64,000 nucleotides of DNA from Moniliella sp. 'wahieum'. Taxonomy: Eukaryota. The DNA is taken from positions 124,001 through 188,000 of the forward strand of contig RSEE01000024.1 of assembly GCA_003971905.1 (NCBI GenBank), given 5' to 3'. The position numbers and the translations under genes were made by a program. Shown piece after piece: positions 46,085 to 59,801 of this stretch; the stretch's first letter is position 1; each line of letters begins with the position of its first letter. The notes beneath the pieces are model-generated. The model saw only the letters and a program-made list of their open reading frames with translations, was not told the origin of the DNA and searched no databases.

Positions 46085-47357
46085 TCACGAGTGCTCCCAA
46101 GACGCCTTTTCTAGCAATTGTTTCCCCCACAACTCTTTTAGTTTTTGTGTTTTTTCATTAGCAAAAAAACACAAATTCTGAATTGTCAAAGAGAAAGAAA
46201 GCATCTGGGGTGTCATTAAGATATGTCTTTTGGCATCGTAATCATCGCCAACATCGACATGATGATGTTGGGGGGGGGGGGGGGGGGGCGTCCGTTTTGC
46301 CTCCCAAAGACAGGGAGGCGGCCAACACTGGCAGTGTTCGGACCGGTCCGAAAATGCCATCATAGCCTAAAGTCGGAGAAGAAAAGAAAGAGAACCGAGC
46401 GGATGAATGTCCAGAGGACATGAAAAGAACCGTGAGGCTTCAGGCCGGGGATCCGGCGGCGGTGTGGGTGGGTATTTGTTGTATAGGAGACGATGGTGAC
46501 AGTAACAAAGGGAGCATATATGGGCTTGCAACACGTTCCTCCAGGCATGTGGTCTTGTCTCATTGCGCGGAGGATGTGCACATGTTTGCATTGGCGTAAG
46601 ACGCAATGTTCTTGGCCAAGGTGAGGGCCTGATTGAGACAGCGGAGTTCTTCGGTGTCCGTGGTATGTTTGATGAGGCGTTTAAATATGATCCCAAAGCG
46701 TTGGAAGTAGGTCGAGGGCTTCAGGTGGAAATGAGACCAGCCCCGTCTGCGCACCCTCGGATGTTATTGGCACAATGCATGCCAGAATGCATAGAAACGC
46801 GGATTGGTATCGATTTCCTTGGTACGGAACGCTTCGCGCGCCTGATAGGAAAGCCAATACGACGTAAACGCCTGCTGAACTTTGGGGTTGGACAGCCATT
46901 GGAGCATAATGTCTCCAATTCCAGAAAGTGGCCCCAGGGAACCTGTCTTCGCGTAACGCCGTTGGAGATCCCACTGAATAGAAGATCAGTTTGCCATCCC
47001 ACATCAAGCATTGGGCCAAAAGCGTGTTCGACAAACGCAATCCGGTCCTCCTCGTTCCCCAGACCAGTGTCTTCGTCCTTCGAGGAGGTGCTGGGAATCG
47101 GTTTGGTACTACCCTCTGATAGTGGCAATGAACGATCCGTTGATCAAGGCTGGCATAAAAACACCCCAAATGACACTGTGCATGTCATCATGTAGCCGGC
47201 GAAGGTCTATGAACGCTTCGTACATTATGCATTGCCGCTGCATCTCTTGCTCCGATAGCATCTTGGCCACCGAGAGATCCACGGCTTCATTCCAGGAATG
47301 AGTTGGATCCCGTTTAAATTTAGCATTGAGGATCGCAACCGATAAAGCTTCGCCCAT
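46085..47357 (-). pseudogene. Degenerate RhoGEF (DH, possibly PH), Tus1/Rom2/Rgf type
   Basis: SWNEAVDLSVAKMLSEQEMQRQCIMYE, DRIAFVEHAFG, IGDIMLQW, EIDTNPRFYAF, HPRVRRRGWSHFHLKPSTYFQRFGIIFKRLIKHT..L..ALTLAKNIASYAN; frameshifts plus an in-frame TAA at 46764-46766. Confidence 0.7.
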
Positions 47358-48511
47358 CGGCCGATATAATACGAAGAGAAAAGAGAATTGGCCTTATTCC
47401 CTAACTCACCGGCTGCTCACCATACAGCCACCACACATTTATCGCTGCGGACCCTGCTTCAACTTGCTGGCCTCCGCATCTCTCCGGCTCTGCCCCAGAG
47501 GTGATGTAGAGCTTTGCTTGATGAAAATGCTGAAACCACTTCTCCAGTGAGCTTATTTATATATGGCCCAAAATGCTATAGTGAGAGCGCGTGGGAAGCT
47601 CGGGATGAGGTCGATGAGGTCTGAATATCTGAATGGGGTACTAGTCGAGGCATAGGGCTTCGACAGGGTGACAGATCCAGATGTGGGCCCTGGTGCGGGT
47701 CAGCCGAGAGGAGTAGCTGATTAATTGTTGGGCATGAACATTTTTGAAGACGCTGTGTCAATGAGGATTCGTACCGAATGTAAAAACCAATAGGGGAAAA
47801 TAAGATTCACGTAACTGAAGCGCGACATGAAGACGTTCATCAGACGCTCACATGCCTCTCATCCACGCGCATTAAGCTCATCCATATCCACGCGCGGCGC
47901 TACATCCCGTTTGGACGTGAATGGTGTGCGCCAGAGAGCGCTGTCCTGTTGGCGACTCACTGGTTTCCTAATTGTGGTTCGGCACCAACAACCAACCCAT
48001 CACGACGGATGAGCATGTTAGACGCTGCGCCTCTTTGACGCAGCCTTTAGCTCTGTAAATGATGTGAATAAATGCGAAACAACACTCCGGCTCCCAAAAG
48101 GATACCAGCCTTCTGTTGAGAGAAGATAAGGAGGTCTATGCTCTCCACAACAGACAAATATGAGCGAGCGGGGGCAGTTAATGCCCTCCACGTAAGGATG
48201 TGGAACTGAAGTGAGGCGTCAAATCCGAGCCGCTGAAGATGATTGAATTACCAAAAGAGAAAGACGAGCTACGACCGTCAATTCAGTTGTGCTGGTCATA
48301 TATACCACGGACACTCTCTGTTTGCTGTCACGCACCCCACACGCCGTCGGTTGAGGCAAGCCATAACTGCGAAATAGAACATCAACGTCCGGGTAGGGAC
48401 AGGCAACATCGGACGATGTGCCCAGTGAAGCACCTGCAGGTCTATACCCGACAGCACTTGTATCCATCCATCAAGTCCAGCTGATAGAGATCAATTTATT
48501 TGGTTGAGCAT

Positions 48512-49322
48512 TTACAATGCCAAGCTAGAGGAGGAAGTGTTGGTTAGTGAATGGAGCCAACAAAGAAGTGGTAGAGGACAACGTACTAATCCTTGATCTC
48601 GCTCTCTGTCAGTTTGCGGAAGGTCGGGATTGGCTTGGTGCCTGCTGGCACATCTTCCACGTTCGTCTCAGAGATGATGCCAATTTCAATCGTTTTTTCC
48701 GTCATTTGGCCCTCAAACCCTTCCTTGAGAGTAAGGAGGGCGGTGTGAATGGCATCTTCGAGGGAAATGTCGTCATTGTACCGCTTCTCGAGGAACGTTT
48801 TGGCAATGGTCATGTTCTTGCCAATCGCGGTCGCCTTCCATTGGAAGAAAGAGCCAGAGGGATCGACCTGGTACAGTGTTGGGCCACGCACCTCATCGTA
48901 GCCAGCAACGAGCAAGCTGACACCGAACGGACGCACACCGCCGCGCTGGGTGGACTCTTGCATGATGCGTGCAATCTCTTCGACCAGCACAGCTGTTGGC
49001 GGGAACTCGCCATAGATCTTCCAATACGCCTGCGCGGCCTTGCGTGCCTGGGCAAGCAGAACACGGAAATCGGGGCCCATTCCAGCGTATACAATGCCAA
49101 CCGTGGGGCATACCAGCGCAACCTTTTCCAGTGCACTATCGTCCACCAGGGGACTGGGCATGCGCTTCTCGGACGCAATTACACCGCGCCTTCGGCACGA
49201 ATCCCGAGCGAGGTCGCGCCGCTCCCAACGGCGGCGAGGGCATGGTCGATCTGACCGAGTTTGCCCGAGGGACTGAAGGTGGTGAGGGAGAAGCTGTACG
49301 CGCCTTCGCCACCGGCCGACAT
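48512..49322 (-). CDS. PRE8: 20S proteasome subunit alpha-2; intron 48525-48586; 1-nt deletion near 49180
   Basis: [83 protein letters not shown]. Confidence 0.97.
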
Positions 49323-49944
49323 GGTTGGTTAGTGGGACGGAGGGAGGGCAGGTGTGGGTGGTGGGGGGTCAGCCGCTCAACCGACATGCTCCAGCAGGCG
49401 CACGCGGCCCCGCTCGGTGCAAGACGCGCATTCCTCGGCCCAAGATTCCGCTGGGTTTGCTCTGGGCGGGTCACGTGTTGCCGGGGCACCAAACGTCATA
49501 GCTGGGCGGCGGGAGTGGTGACGTCAGCTTTGAAATGTGAACGTTGGCTGGAGGGAGCAGCGTCTGTCCGTGCGCAGAGCGCCCAGCCCAGTCGGCCTCT
49601 TGTCGGCTGCAAAACGCCGGTCGGGTGGGGAAGACTGACGCCGCCCCGTGTCACGTGCCATTTCCGGCTAGCCCGAGCCCCGCGCAGGGGCAGTGTGCTG
49701 GGATCAGATCGATTACCAAACCCGGACAAAAGCTATCTGATGGGGCACAGCGCCAGTGTCGGCTGGTGGGGCCCAGCTGCTGGCCGCCCACGAGCGCTGT
49801 TCAGTCACACGTCACGCGCGACATTGGCCAGGCGCCAGTGCTGAGCCTCAGCGCTCAGCTGGTGGCTGCGCTGTGCTTTTTTTACCCCCCCTACTGCCTC
49901 GCCCTGCACCGCCACCTCTTCCACCACCAACTCCTGCCTTCCCC

Positions 49945-50639
49945 ATGGTCGCTGCTCGCTTTGCCCCTACTTTTGCTCGTGCCGCTGGCGCCTCCGCCCT
50001 CCGCCCCATGGCCGGCATGATGCGCGCCACCGCCCGCCCCGCCCTCGCCACCGCCCGGCCAGCCGTGCCGTCGCTGGCCCGTGGGTACCACGAGAAGGTG
50101 ATCGACCACGTACGTCTTCTGCCAGCCCTGTTGACTCTGCTCTGCTCCGATACTGACTGGTGCATAGTATGAGAACCCACGCAACGTCGGCTCGTTCAAC
50201 AAGAAGGACGCTGACGTGGGCATTGGCCTCGTTGGTGCTCCGGCCTGCGGCGACGTGATGAAATTGTCCATCCGGGTCAATGAGCAAGGCATCATCTCGG
50301 ATGTGCGCTTCAAGACGTTTGGCTGTGGGAGTGCCATCGCCTCGTCCTCCTACATGACGGAGCGGGTCAAGGGCATGACGCTCGAGGAGGCGGGCGGAAT
50401 CAAGAACACGGAGATTGCCAAGGAACTGTGCCTGCCGCCCGTCAAGCTTCACTGCTCGATGTTGGCGGAGGATGCGATCAAGTCGGCCATCCGCAACTAC
50501 AAGGCCAAGCGTGATGCCACGGGCATCACGGCTGCCGGCCACATCGATGTCGAGCAGTCGGCCACGACGGGCGAGACGACGACGAGCGTGCACGTGGGTT
50601 CGTCGGCGCCGCAGCCCCCGTGCCCAGGCCCAGGCTTGA
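49945..50639 (+). CDS. ISU1: Mitochondrial Fe-S cluster scaffold Isu1/IscU; intron 50110-50167
   Basis: Presequence, YHEKVIDH|YENPRNVGS, GLVGAPACGDVMKL, FKTFGCGSAIASSS, LCLPPVKLHCSMLAEDAIK; stop at 50639 assumes a frameshift, otherwise 50812. Confidence 0.97.
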
Positions 50640-51050
50640 GCGCCCGCCTGCCTCGTATCTTCCACTCTGACCGCAAGGACCTTCATCACGGCTTTGTTAC
50701 TATTCTTCCTTTTCCCGAAGGTCCTCTGTGCGTCATGCTGCAGAATTTCTCTTGCGATGTGGGTGTCTATCTTGCTTGGAGACTGCGCCCGAGCTGGAGG
50801 CTGAAAACATAGGGCCTCCGTTTGCCCATGGCGTGGACAGCGTTGCAGCTGCAGCCGGCTGCCCTGTCCGCATGTACACTATCCTGCTATTCGAAGCATC
50901 TGTTCATCTTGATCCTTGGACCTGTTTGTGGTAGTAGTGGCGAACATAGCAGCGGCAACTAGACTTCGATGGCGATGCGAAGGGGTGGTGGCGGCGCGGG
51001 AGGGCGCGCACCTGCTGACATAAGCCGTTCGCCGCCTGGGCGTTGCTCAT

Positions 51051-54000
51051 ATGGCGCAGTCAATCGTTGATAGTCGCGGCTGGGCAATCGAAAACGGGTC
51101 ATCGAGGTCATCGCAGAGGCGGCCACTCATCGACCCTCTGCCCACCACCCGCATGGACGCCACCAGCATGGACATTGCCGGAGCAGCGGGAGTATCTGGT
51201 GCAGCTGGAGCATCGGGAGCATCGGGAGCATCGGGAGCACCCGGAGCATCGGGAGCACCCGGAGCATCTGGAGCTTCGCCGGGCCCTGCTGAGCATCCGC
51301 CCCCTGCGGATGCTTCAGACGCATCGCCAGCATCACCCACTGCGCCTCAGCGCCTCCCTTCCTCATCACCCCGCTCGCCGTCGCCAACGACGGAGGAAGG
51401 GGCTTCCGCCCGTCCTCGTCGCCGGCGCAGGAGGACGAGTGACGAGGCCCACTCAGATGGCCCGCCGCCCGCACGCACTTCCCCTGCTTCTGAGTACGTG
51501 CCCACCGACCAACCCAGTGTTGACACTGCTGGTGCTGGTGCTGGTGCCGCTGATTCTACCAAGGATGCTCTCACTTCTGCCCCTGTGGAAGCCACTGCTG
51601 CTTCCACTACTGCTTCCACTGCTACTTACTTCCACTGCTGCTTCCACTGCTACTCCCACTCCTGCTTCTACAACCGCTCATCCCGGGGATACTGCCGATA
51701 CTTCCGCCGCTATCCCTGCTACGACAACTGCCACTCAAGAGCCTGCACGCACAACAGTGTCTTCGTCTTCGTTCCAGCAGCCCCTGTGGCACAGCGGCTA
51801 CCCTCCGTCCATGCCTTCGACTCCCTCATCGACCGAGGCGATGATTGGGTCAGAGGGTGATCTGGCACATTTCTATGCCTCCGACGCACGCGACACGCCT
51901 CGCACTGTCTCCTCGGAGGCTGTGACGCCTAACGGAACATATGCCGGGTATGCTCCCTTCGACCCGCCCGTCGCCGAAATACGGCCCGACGACGACGCCC
52001 CGCCGAACATGTGGGCGGACTACATCGGTCCTGGTGGATACGGCGTTGGCGGCTTCTCCCCTGCCCCCGAGGCCGACTATGACAACATGCACAACTCGAT
52101 TGTTGCGTGGCACGGCGGCCAGCAGCATCCCCAGCAGCCTGCTCCGCCCCAGATTCCTTTAGCTGAATACTTCCCTTCACCCACCAAGGCCAAGGATGCC
52201 GCTAGCAACCTTCCTCTCCTTTGCACCGCCGCCGCATCCGTGCCTTTGACGCCGCCTGGGACACTACCAACAAGCTCGTACAGGCCGAATTTGTCCCGCC
52301 TTCACGGCCTACTGTGGCTCCTGGGGTTACTGCTGACAATGCCCCTGCTGCATCTGTTGTTCCGGGCGAAGCTGCCACTCTTCCTTCCCAGCCTACCGCA
52401 CAGCCAGGAGCCCGTTTGGATCACAAGAGCATGCTTGCCCTGATCCCTCACCCCAAGGCCTATTTCTCCCCTTCGTCGCTCGAATGGGTGGTAATCGCTG
52501 CGGCACACGATTCTTCTTGGGCGACCAGGACCAAGCCTATACTAACGAGACCACTGCTTTTGCTCCCCTCTATACTATCGAGCATCATGTGCTGGTTGCG
52601 CCTGAGTTGCAGCGGGTCCCCATACCTGTCTCATTGACGCAGGATACCGGGCCCAAGACGTTTCTGCACTCCTTTACACTCTTGACCGATGTGTCCATCC
52701 CAGATACACCTGGGAAGAAGGTCTACGTATCGGAGCCGTGTTCCATCCCATCTGTTCTGGATAAAGATTTGCTCTTGCGCTTGCGACGTGCTCGCACCGA
52801 CAACCCTCCGCCCGGACAAGACGGAGCGGTGTACTTTGACCGAGCCATGCGCTTGGTTCTCCGCATCCTCGCTGCCGCGTTAGGCGGGAAGGACCAGGCA
52901 GTCCCGATTACTGGAAGGACGTTTACCCAGCGACTTGGGTGGGACGAGGAGGTGTCGCAATTGTTCAAGACACTTGGTTGGAGTCTATCGTCTGTGAGCA
53001 GCGAAGACGAGCGAATGGCCATTAGGCCCCCACCTATGCTCCAGGGCGGCAATCCAAACGCCGCATGGGTCGTCAATGGGCGCGCGTGGGTCGAGCTGTC
53101 TCTTTGGGCTGCACATTCGCGCAACCTGTTTGGTGTGCAGGACGACTCTCCTCCTCAAGCACCTGGGGCGTTGGACTGGATTCCACATGGGAAGGATGGC
53201 ACTGCGTCGATTGACAGCACGCTGGGTTATGACCCTGCCCAAATTGACCCAAGCCTGCTTGTCGGCCCCATGCAGAGCCACGTCATCGAGTCGGCGCAAT
53301 ACCTTGGGGTCCACCCACAGGAGCACGATTGTACCATCCGTGCCTCGTACCTGGCTCAAACTCGACGCTGCCCACCTGCGGCCCCTGTCCTCCTGTCCTC
53401 GGTTGAGTACATTGTCAATGAGCAGCGCAAGGATAGCTCTTTTGATCGTATGTCCCTCCTCCCCCTTTCTTTTACGGACCCGGTTGACCGCATACTGACA
53501 TTGGAACAGTGCAAATTCTGTTAAGTGAAGAACGGTCCTCAGGCCGTTGGACATTCGTGGAGCTGGAGCGGGCACTCAATCTGCTCGGCATGGAGGGCTC
53601 CAGTTTGGACCAGGTGGACCAGATGGACGCCTCGGTTATCAACGCCCTACCACGATCGCGTGCAGCAAGTAATCAATAGTGGCGAGGGCGCTCTGGGGCT
53701 AGGTGTCGGTCGAAGACCTGCGGAATGCGTTGGGGTACTCTCCAATGCACTTGCGCGTCCGGCGGAGCTGGAACATCAGATTGGTCGAGATGGAGCGTCT
53801 GTCCCACCGGTGCTTATGGATCTTGAAGCGGCATATTCACTCCTCCAAGCCCCACCCGAAGCGGATGACGATGCACTGACTATGCTCTTCCACGTCCGTG
53901 CGTGACGACCCGGACCGCATATCGCAGTGGAAAGCTGCACTGGTTTCCATTGCCCATGCGCGGAATTCCAGTCTCTCCGTCGACTGGCCACGGGGGAAGA

Positions 54001-56193
54001 AGAGTCTCCCGCAACAGAACCGTTGGCTCTTCCTGCCCCACCCCCGGTACGAGAGGACCTGCCCGCTGGATTGAACAATATCGGCAACACATGTTACCTC
54101 AACTCGGTTCTCCAGTACTTCTTTTCCGTCTCCGACATTCGCACCCGTGTGGTCGAGTATGCCTCGACGGTCAAACAGTTTACTCGCCGCCGGCCCAGCT
54201 GCCCCGCGTCGGCGGGAGGCAGATCACGTTTGCGTGAGTTGAACGGTCGCACGAATTCTTGCTACACCTGGCTTCGCTCTTTGAGAACATGATCTCGTTT
54301 CCTGCCCCAGCCGTGACGCCCGAGAGAGAATTGGCTTACCTTGCGCTTGTCTCGTCCCGCACCGAGGAACAGGCTGGCGTCCAGCCTTCGCCTCTACCCG
54401 CCACGCATCCTGGGCCCAAGAGCAACGACACGGAGGCCACCTTGGTCGATACGGCTATGTCCTCTCCACCCGTTGCTGCGCCTCCGGCCCCAACAACGAT
54501 GGTGACTGAGCAACGCAACTCGTTGATGCAGCTCGGTGCACAGGAAGATGTGACCGAGTGTCTGGACAATGTCGTGTTCCAACTGGAGTGTGGGCTGGGG
54601 CAGGTTAAGGCATCGGACGAGAAGGACTCCCGCTCTCAGGCTGCTCAGGCTAATGAAACGCCTGATGTAGATGCAATGGACATCCAGAGAGAGGGGAGTG
54701 CGTCGGTGTTCCCTGAAGAAGGTGTCAATGTGAGTCATTCCACCCTGCTCTCTTCCCTTTTTGAAGGTGAGACCGCCCAGCGGCTCCAAGAGCTTTCCTC
54801 GGGCAAGAGTGGAGTGGACACACCAGATCCTGCCCAGCAGGGTTCGATGGACGAGAGTGAATCGGACAAGGACGTTAAGAAGGAAGTTTTCCGTATCTTG
54901 CCCATTGACGTCCCCCCAGTTGAAGGGAGAGACGTGTATGATGGTCTGGATGGCTTTTTGACGAGGAAGTGATTGATGCCACGCGTTCTTCTCCCCCTGG
55001 TTCACCCATGTCAACAGACAACAGGGCCAAGAAGCAACGCTGGATTCGACGGAGTGTGACCTTGACCCGTGCTCCGCCCATCCTTCAGCTTCAACTGCAG
55101 CGCGTCCAATTTGACCGTACCCGTGGCCGACCTTTCAAGTCGCAAGCGCATGTGGAGCTCTACGAACACATCTACCTCGACCGCTATGTGGACTTTGACC
55201 CTTCGTCCGATCCGGCGGATGCTGCGCGTCTGGCTAAGCGCCGTCTGGCCCGCCGTCTGCGCGCCGAAGCCCAGCAGCTTCGTGAAGAAGCCACCTTCCT
55301 CCGTTCAGGCAAGACGGACGAAGGGGCATCAACCTCAGCGGCAGCAGCGGCTCGATCGTTGGCCCCAAATCAGGTCCTGGACCTGCAATGGGTCCTTTGG
55401 CCCAATCGCTGTGCGAAACGGCGGATATGCTCGCGTTCTGGATCGAGCATCAGGAGGAAACGGGGCAGTCCTGTACCTGGTGACGCACCCATGGCCGAGG
55501 CGGGGGTGGCTACGCCACCTGTTACGGAGGAGGGGCTGTTGACGGGGATTGAAATTGCCTCTACTCTTCCCAATGAGCTACGGCCGAAGTGGATGCGCTG
55601 GGGTCGCGTCTACAGTACATTGAGGCACGGTTGGATGAGATCCGGCGTGAATCGGTGGGACTGTGGCAGAGGAGACACGGTATGAGTATGTGTTGGCGTC
55701 GCTGTTTATGCATCGTGGCGAAGCGACCCATGGCCACTACTTTTTGAACCAGCGTAAGCTCGGCTCGGGCCAGGCGGGCGAAACTTGGTTCAAGTACAAC
55801 GATTCCCAAGTGAGCCAAGCGTCGGCTAAGGATGTCTTGCGTGACCCGACAGGTGCCAATCCGTACCTCGTCTGCTATGTCCGGAAGGACCTCCAAGATT
55901 CACATCATGTCCTCCAGACGCTGTGCCGGCACTTTAGCCTGCCGCCGCCCGAAACCTTGCCGCAGGCGCAGGCCCCGGCACTTCCTGCTCCGATCGAGGC
56001 AGGCCCGACAGAGCTCGCTCCAGAAACGAACCCGGCACCCGCTGCGGATGCGTCTCTGGCGCTAGTCAAGGGGGAGGAGGGAGATGAGGCAGATCCGCAA
56101 GCCGCTACGCCGTCGGATTCAGTGGCCATGCCTGACCAAGAGCCTGAGGAGAAAGAGGATGTCGAGGCTGTGGCAGCAGCGCCCACTCAGTAA
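51051..56193 (+). CDS. UBP2: Ubiquitin C-terminal hydrolase, Ubp2/USP25-28-like (peptidase C19); intron ~53448-53509; many frameshifts
   Basis: Cys box PAGLNNIGNTCYLNSVLQYFF, AVTPERELAYLAL, QEDVTECLDN, PPILQLQLQRVQFDR, His box FMHRGEATHGHY..WFKYNDS..ANPYLVCYVR; low-complexity N-terminus with GAS repeats. Confidence 0.85.
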
Positions 56194-56643
56194 CTAGAGG
56201 AACTGACTAGGTGGCGGCTGTCACAATGTGATTATCACCATTTGCTCGACTGACAGGCACCAGCACCATGCAGGAACCATCATTTCTTCACCATTGATTT
56301 GTTGTGTGTTTTGTGGGAAAGAATAGCAGTGCAATCGGGTCTTCAACCCGGCGGCCTTGACGCAGAGAAGGTAGCGGAGATCAAGCCCAGAGGGCCTTAG
56401 CGTCCTCGATATAGACGATTTTAGGCACGGTAACCGACCCGCTTGGTCGGGATGCTAGTGGATGCAGACGCTATGGACGCACAGGCTCAATCAGCATTCA
56501 TCATGAAGAGAGCCGAAATAGAAAATGCACTGGAGCGGCTCCATGGAGCCTCGGGGAGAGGGAGATGACAGGACGGGGTGATGCCGGTGATGCCGGTGGG
56601 GGGATGTTTGGCATGGTAAGATCGCAAGGTATTAATACCTGGA

Positions 56644-59511
56644 TTAATCGCTAATCAAGTCGACCACTTCCGCCGGGGCAGGCTGAGGCGCACGAGCTGT
56701 TTTGGTCCGCCTCGGCGGGATAAGGCGTGAAGGAGGAGGGAGAGGCACGACGAGTCAGAATCGTCAGAGACAGTGCAGTAGGTAGAGGAGCTCTGAGCGG
56801 GAGGGAACAAAACATGGCGAGGCTTGGCAACAGCTGGCCGAGGCCGGGACCAGACGGGAATACGGAGGGTGGCGGTGGTACGGGTGGGCAGCCGCAGAGG
56901 TAGAGAGGGCAGGACGGTGGTCGCTCCCCCTCGGATGGGAGGTAGCTGCGCAGGAGCTGCACCAAGGCGGGAAGGGGAGGACGTTGGTGGCGGGGTGGAA
57001 CATTCGGGTGGCTCTTCGTCCCCCGAATCGTCTCGAAAAAGGAACGCAAGATATCCTGTCGGGAGGATTGGTCGGGGACGACGGCCAGGCTGGGCTGGAG
57101 AGCGAGTTTGGCTTGACGACGGGGCGATCTGGTCGGACTGGACTGGGTCTTGCGAAAACTCCCTTTTGAAAGAGGGGTGGACACATCCACTGTGTCCACC
57201 GACCCCCGCCGGCATGCGATACCTGTGCTTCTCTGTCGCAATGACGTTGGCAGCTCCTCGTCTGACGAGGACAGAGGCAAGGAAGGACACTCCGATCCGG
57301 ACGATTGACCCGACACGGCCGACAAGGTAGACATTGTACGTCTTGACGAGAGGGTGGAGAAGGCCTGTTCGAGGGACAGTTGCCGTGCCAGGGGGAAGCG
57401 GAGGAAGAGGAAGAGCGTAAAGACCAGCCCAATCCCACAGCGGGCGAGCGTAACGTTTTCGCTTTTATATTGGCCTTGGCCTGGTCTCTCTGAGTACGGG
57501 CCTGCTCCTTGGCACGAAATTGCTCCATCAGTTTCTGCCCACATGCGTGCTCTGCAGCGGGGCGGCATCGATCCAGATGAGCTGGGGTTCGGGATGGTAG
57601 GCCGCCGCCGCGCGGGGCTTGTTGCTGCCATCCTCGGAAACTGCCATGGGCGGAGCAGCGGCCATAGACTTGACGGGCGCCGTCTTGGATAACCTGCGAG
57701 GGACGGGAGGGGGGGACCAATCATCCTTCCTCTTTGGCATTTAGATAATAGTGTTTGCACTGCCCGGTCTAGCGGCCGATCGTCGTACCGTAGTCGAACT
57801 TCGGTGCGCTCGCCAATCCTGCGTTCACGAATGACCTCCATCAGACGAAAGAGTGTCGTGCGTTGGGAGGGGAAACCAAGCTCGTCTACCTCGAGGGTTT
57901 CCTCAGTGTCGGTACTAGAAGACCCACCAGCGCGTTTTCCCTTTGAAGAGGGGGGTGGGGGGCAGTAGGAAAGGAGAGGATGGCCATCCCAGGCAGGGGA
58001 TGTAGCCATCATTTCGTCACGGAGGAGACGGAGGAGAAGACCGGGTGCAATCATAGTCTGGACGCGCTGGCGGATCTTCTCATCAGACCAGTTGAACTGT
58101 TTTCGAAGGACCCAAAGCAGATGGGCGAGATCGAGGGCTTGGAACTCTTTCGAAGGGGATAAGAGGTCGAACCGGGGAGTGACTTTGGTGCGTAGCAGTT
58201 CCTCTTCTACCGACGAGAGTTGAACTCCTGTCACGCCCCCTTCCTCAGCAAACGTAATGGGGGGAATCTCGTCCAGGCTCCCCTCACGGACCTTGAGGTG
58301 GGAAGTCCTAGGCCAAACGTAGAGCCCAAGCACGGTTTGGTCCTGTTCCGACTCGAAAAGTGCGCAGTCCCAGTGCTGCAGAGGGATGTTTGGTCCGCAG
58401 TAGACCCGATGCATTGGTTCGCAACTCCTCCATCATGTCTTCCACGATCTCTGTTCGCGCCTCTTCCCAGGTAGGTGTATTGAGATCCAGCTTGGGTGTC
58501 CAGTGAGTCGGGTCGTACGTCGGCAGCTTGCCCAACCGACTTTCGTCCGACGATCCTTGGAGCGAGCTCACCAGCGCTGAAACGATCCTCTGCCCAAACC
58601 CCAACGAGGCAAGTACCTTAGAAATGGTCATTCCGCACTTGCTTACCCCTTGCACGTTGTAATCCCCTCCACTCAAGGCAGCGGTGAGGAGGATGGCGTG
58701 TCGATCCAAAGGGAACTCACACTCTTCAGCTTCATTCAGCAGAGGCGGGGGTGGCGATGGACCGGTCCACCCCAATACCGGGGGGCGGGCAGGGTCTGGC
58801 CACTGGCCGGGAGGGAAGGTGTAGATCCCAACGGGGCTGGAGCCCCACTTGTTGTCGCTGAGATTAACAAAATCAAGTTGGTTAGGCATCTCGCTGCCTT
58901 GGGAGGATAGAGAAGCCTGTCTTGCCAGCAGGCGCTGCTTGCGCTTCTGTACCTCCTTGACATCGCTCATGGAGAAGCTAAGGCAAAGTCAGTATGTTGG
59001 TTCGGGATAGAGGGGGAGAACCGGGCGTACTTGCGCATAACCTTGGTCGCACCAAAGACGAAAGAGTCCACATCGTCCGTCAATACCACATCCACCAACC
59101 CAGCCTGGTTCATCCACGCAAGTTCCGCTTCCGCTTCGCCTGGAGCGTCCCATCGACAAAACCAAAGAACGGACGAGGAAGCGGAAGTCACGGACCAGCG
59201 GGTGGTTGTTAAAATCGAGCCCCAAGGGACGGATGGTGCCATGCTTTTGACGCGGCCGCTCGGGTCCATCAAAGACAAACACAGGCAGGATGGGGAGTGT
59301 GTAGAGATTGCTTAGCCGAAAAAAAAGCATCCGGATCGGACCAAGAGGATCCCGGGTATAGTTGGGCTCGGCATGGAAGACCCAGCCACTAGCATCGACC
59401 CCAGCGGAGGGCACGGTGCGGAGAGCGGATAAAGTACCGCCACGCCTCTTCCTGCAGCGTTGTGACGGCACACGCGTGGTCCAGGTGTGTCCATAGTGTC
59501 TTGATTCCCAT
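56644..59511 (-). CDS. XPG/Rad2-family structure-specific nuclease, GEN1/YEN1-like; intron 58978-59030; frameshifts
   Basis: MGIKTLW, GVDASGW, LFFRL..PILPVFVFDGPERP.QK, APGEAEAELA.MN..G.VD.VLTDDVDSFVFGA.KV.R, H3TH ALSGGDYN.QGV..CG. Confidence 0.88.
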
Positions 59512-59801
59512 GCTGACCGCAGACGCGAACGCGGTGCGATTTGGAATGCACGGCTGTGATGCGAATGGTAGTGTTGGTGTTGGTGTTGGTGTTGGGTTGG
59601 TTGTTGGTGTGTGCTGCTGTGTTGGTGTTGGGTGTTGTGGCGGTGTTAGTGACACAGGCCACGAGAAAAGACAAGTTGAGGCACGACGCGACTAGCGGAA
59701 GTGGGTCACTCGCCAATTCCGCTGCGTCCCGAGACCACCTGGCTCCACCTTGTATGATGGACAGCCCTGCGCCCGCCCAGGCTGGGACGTGCCCCACCAC
59801 C

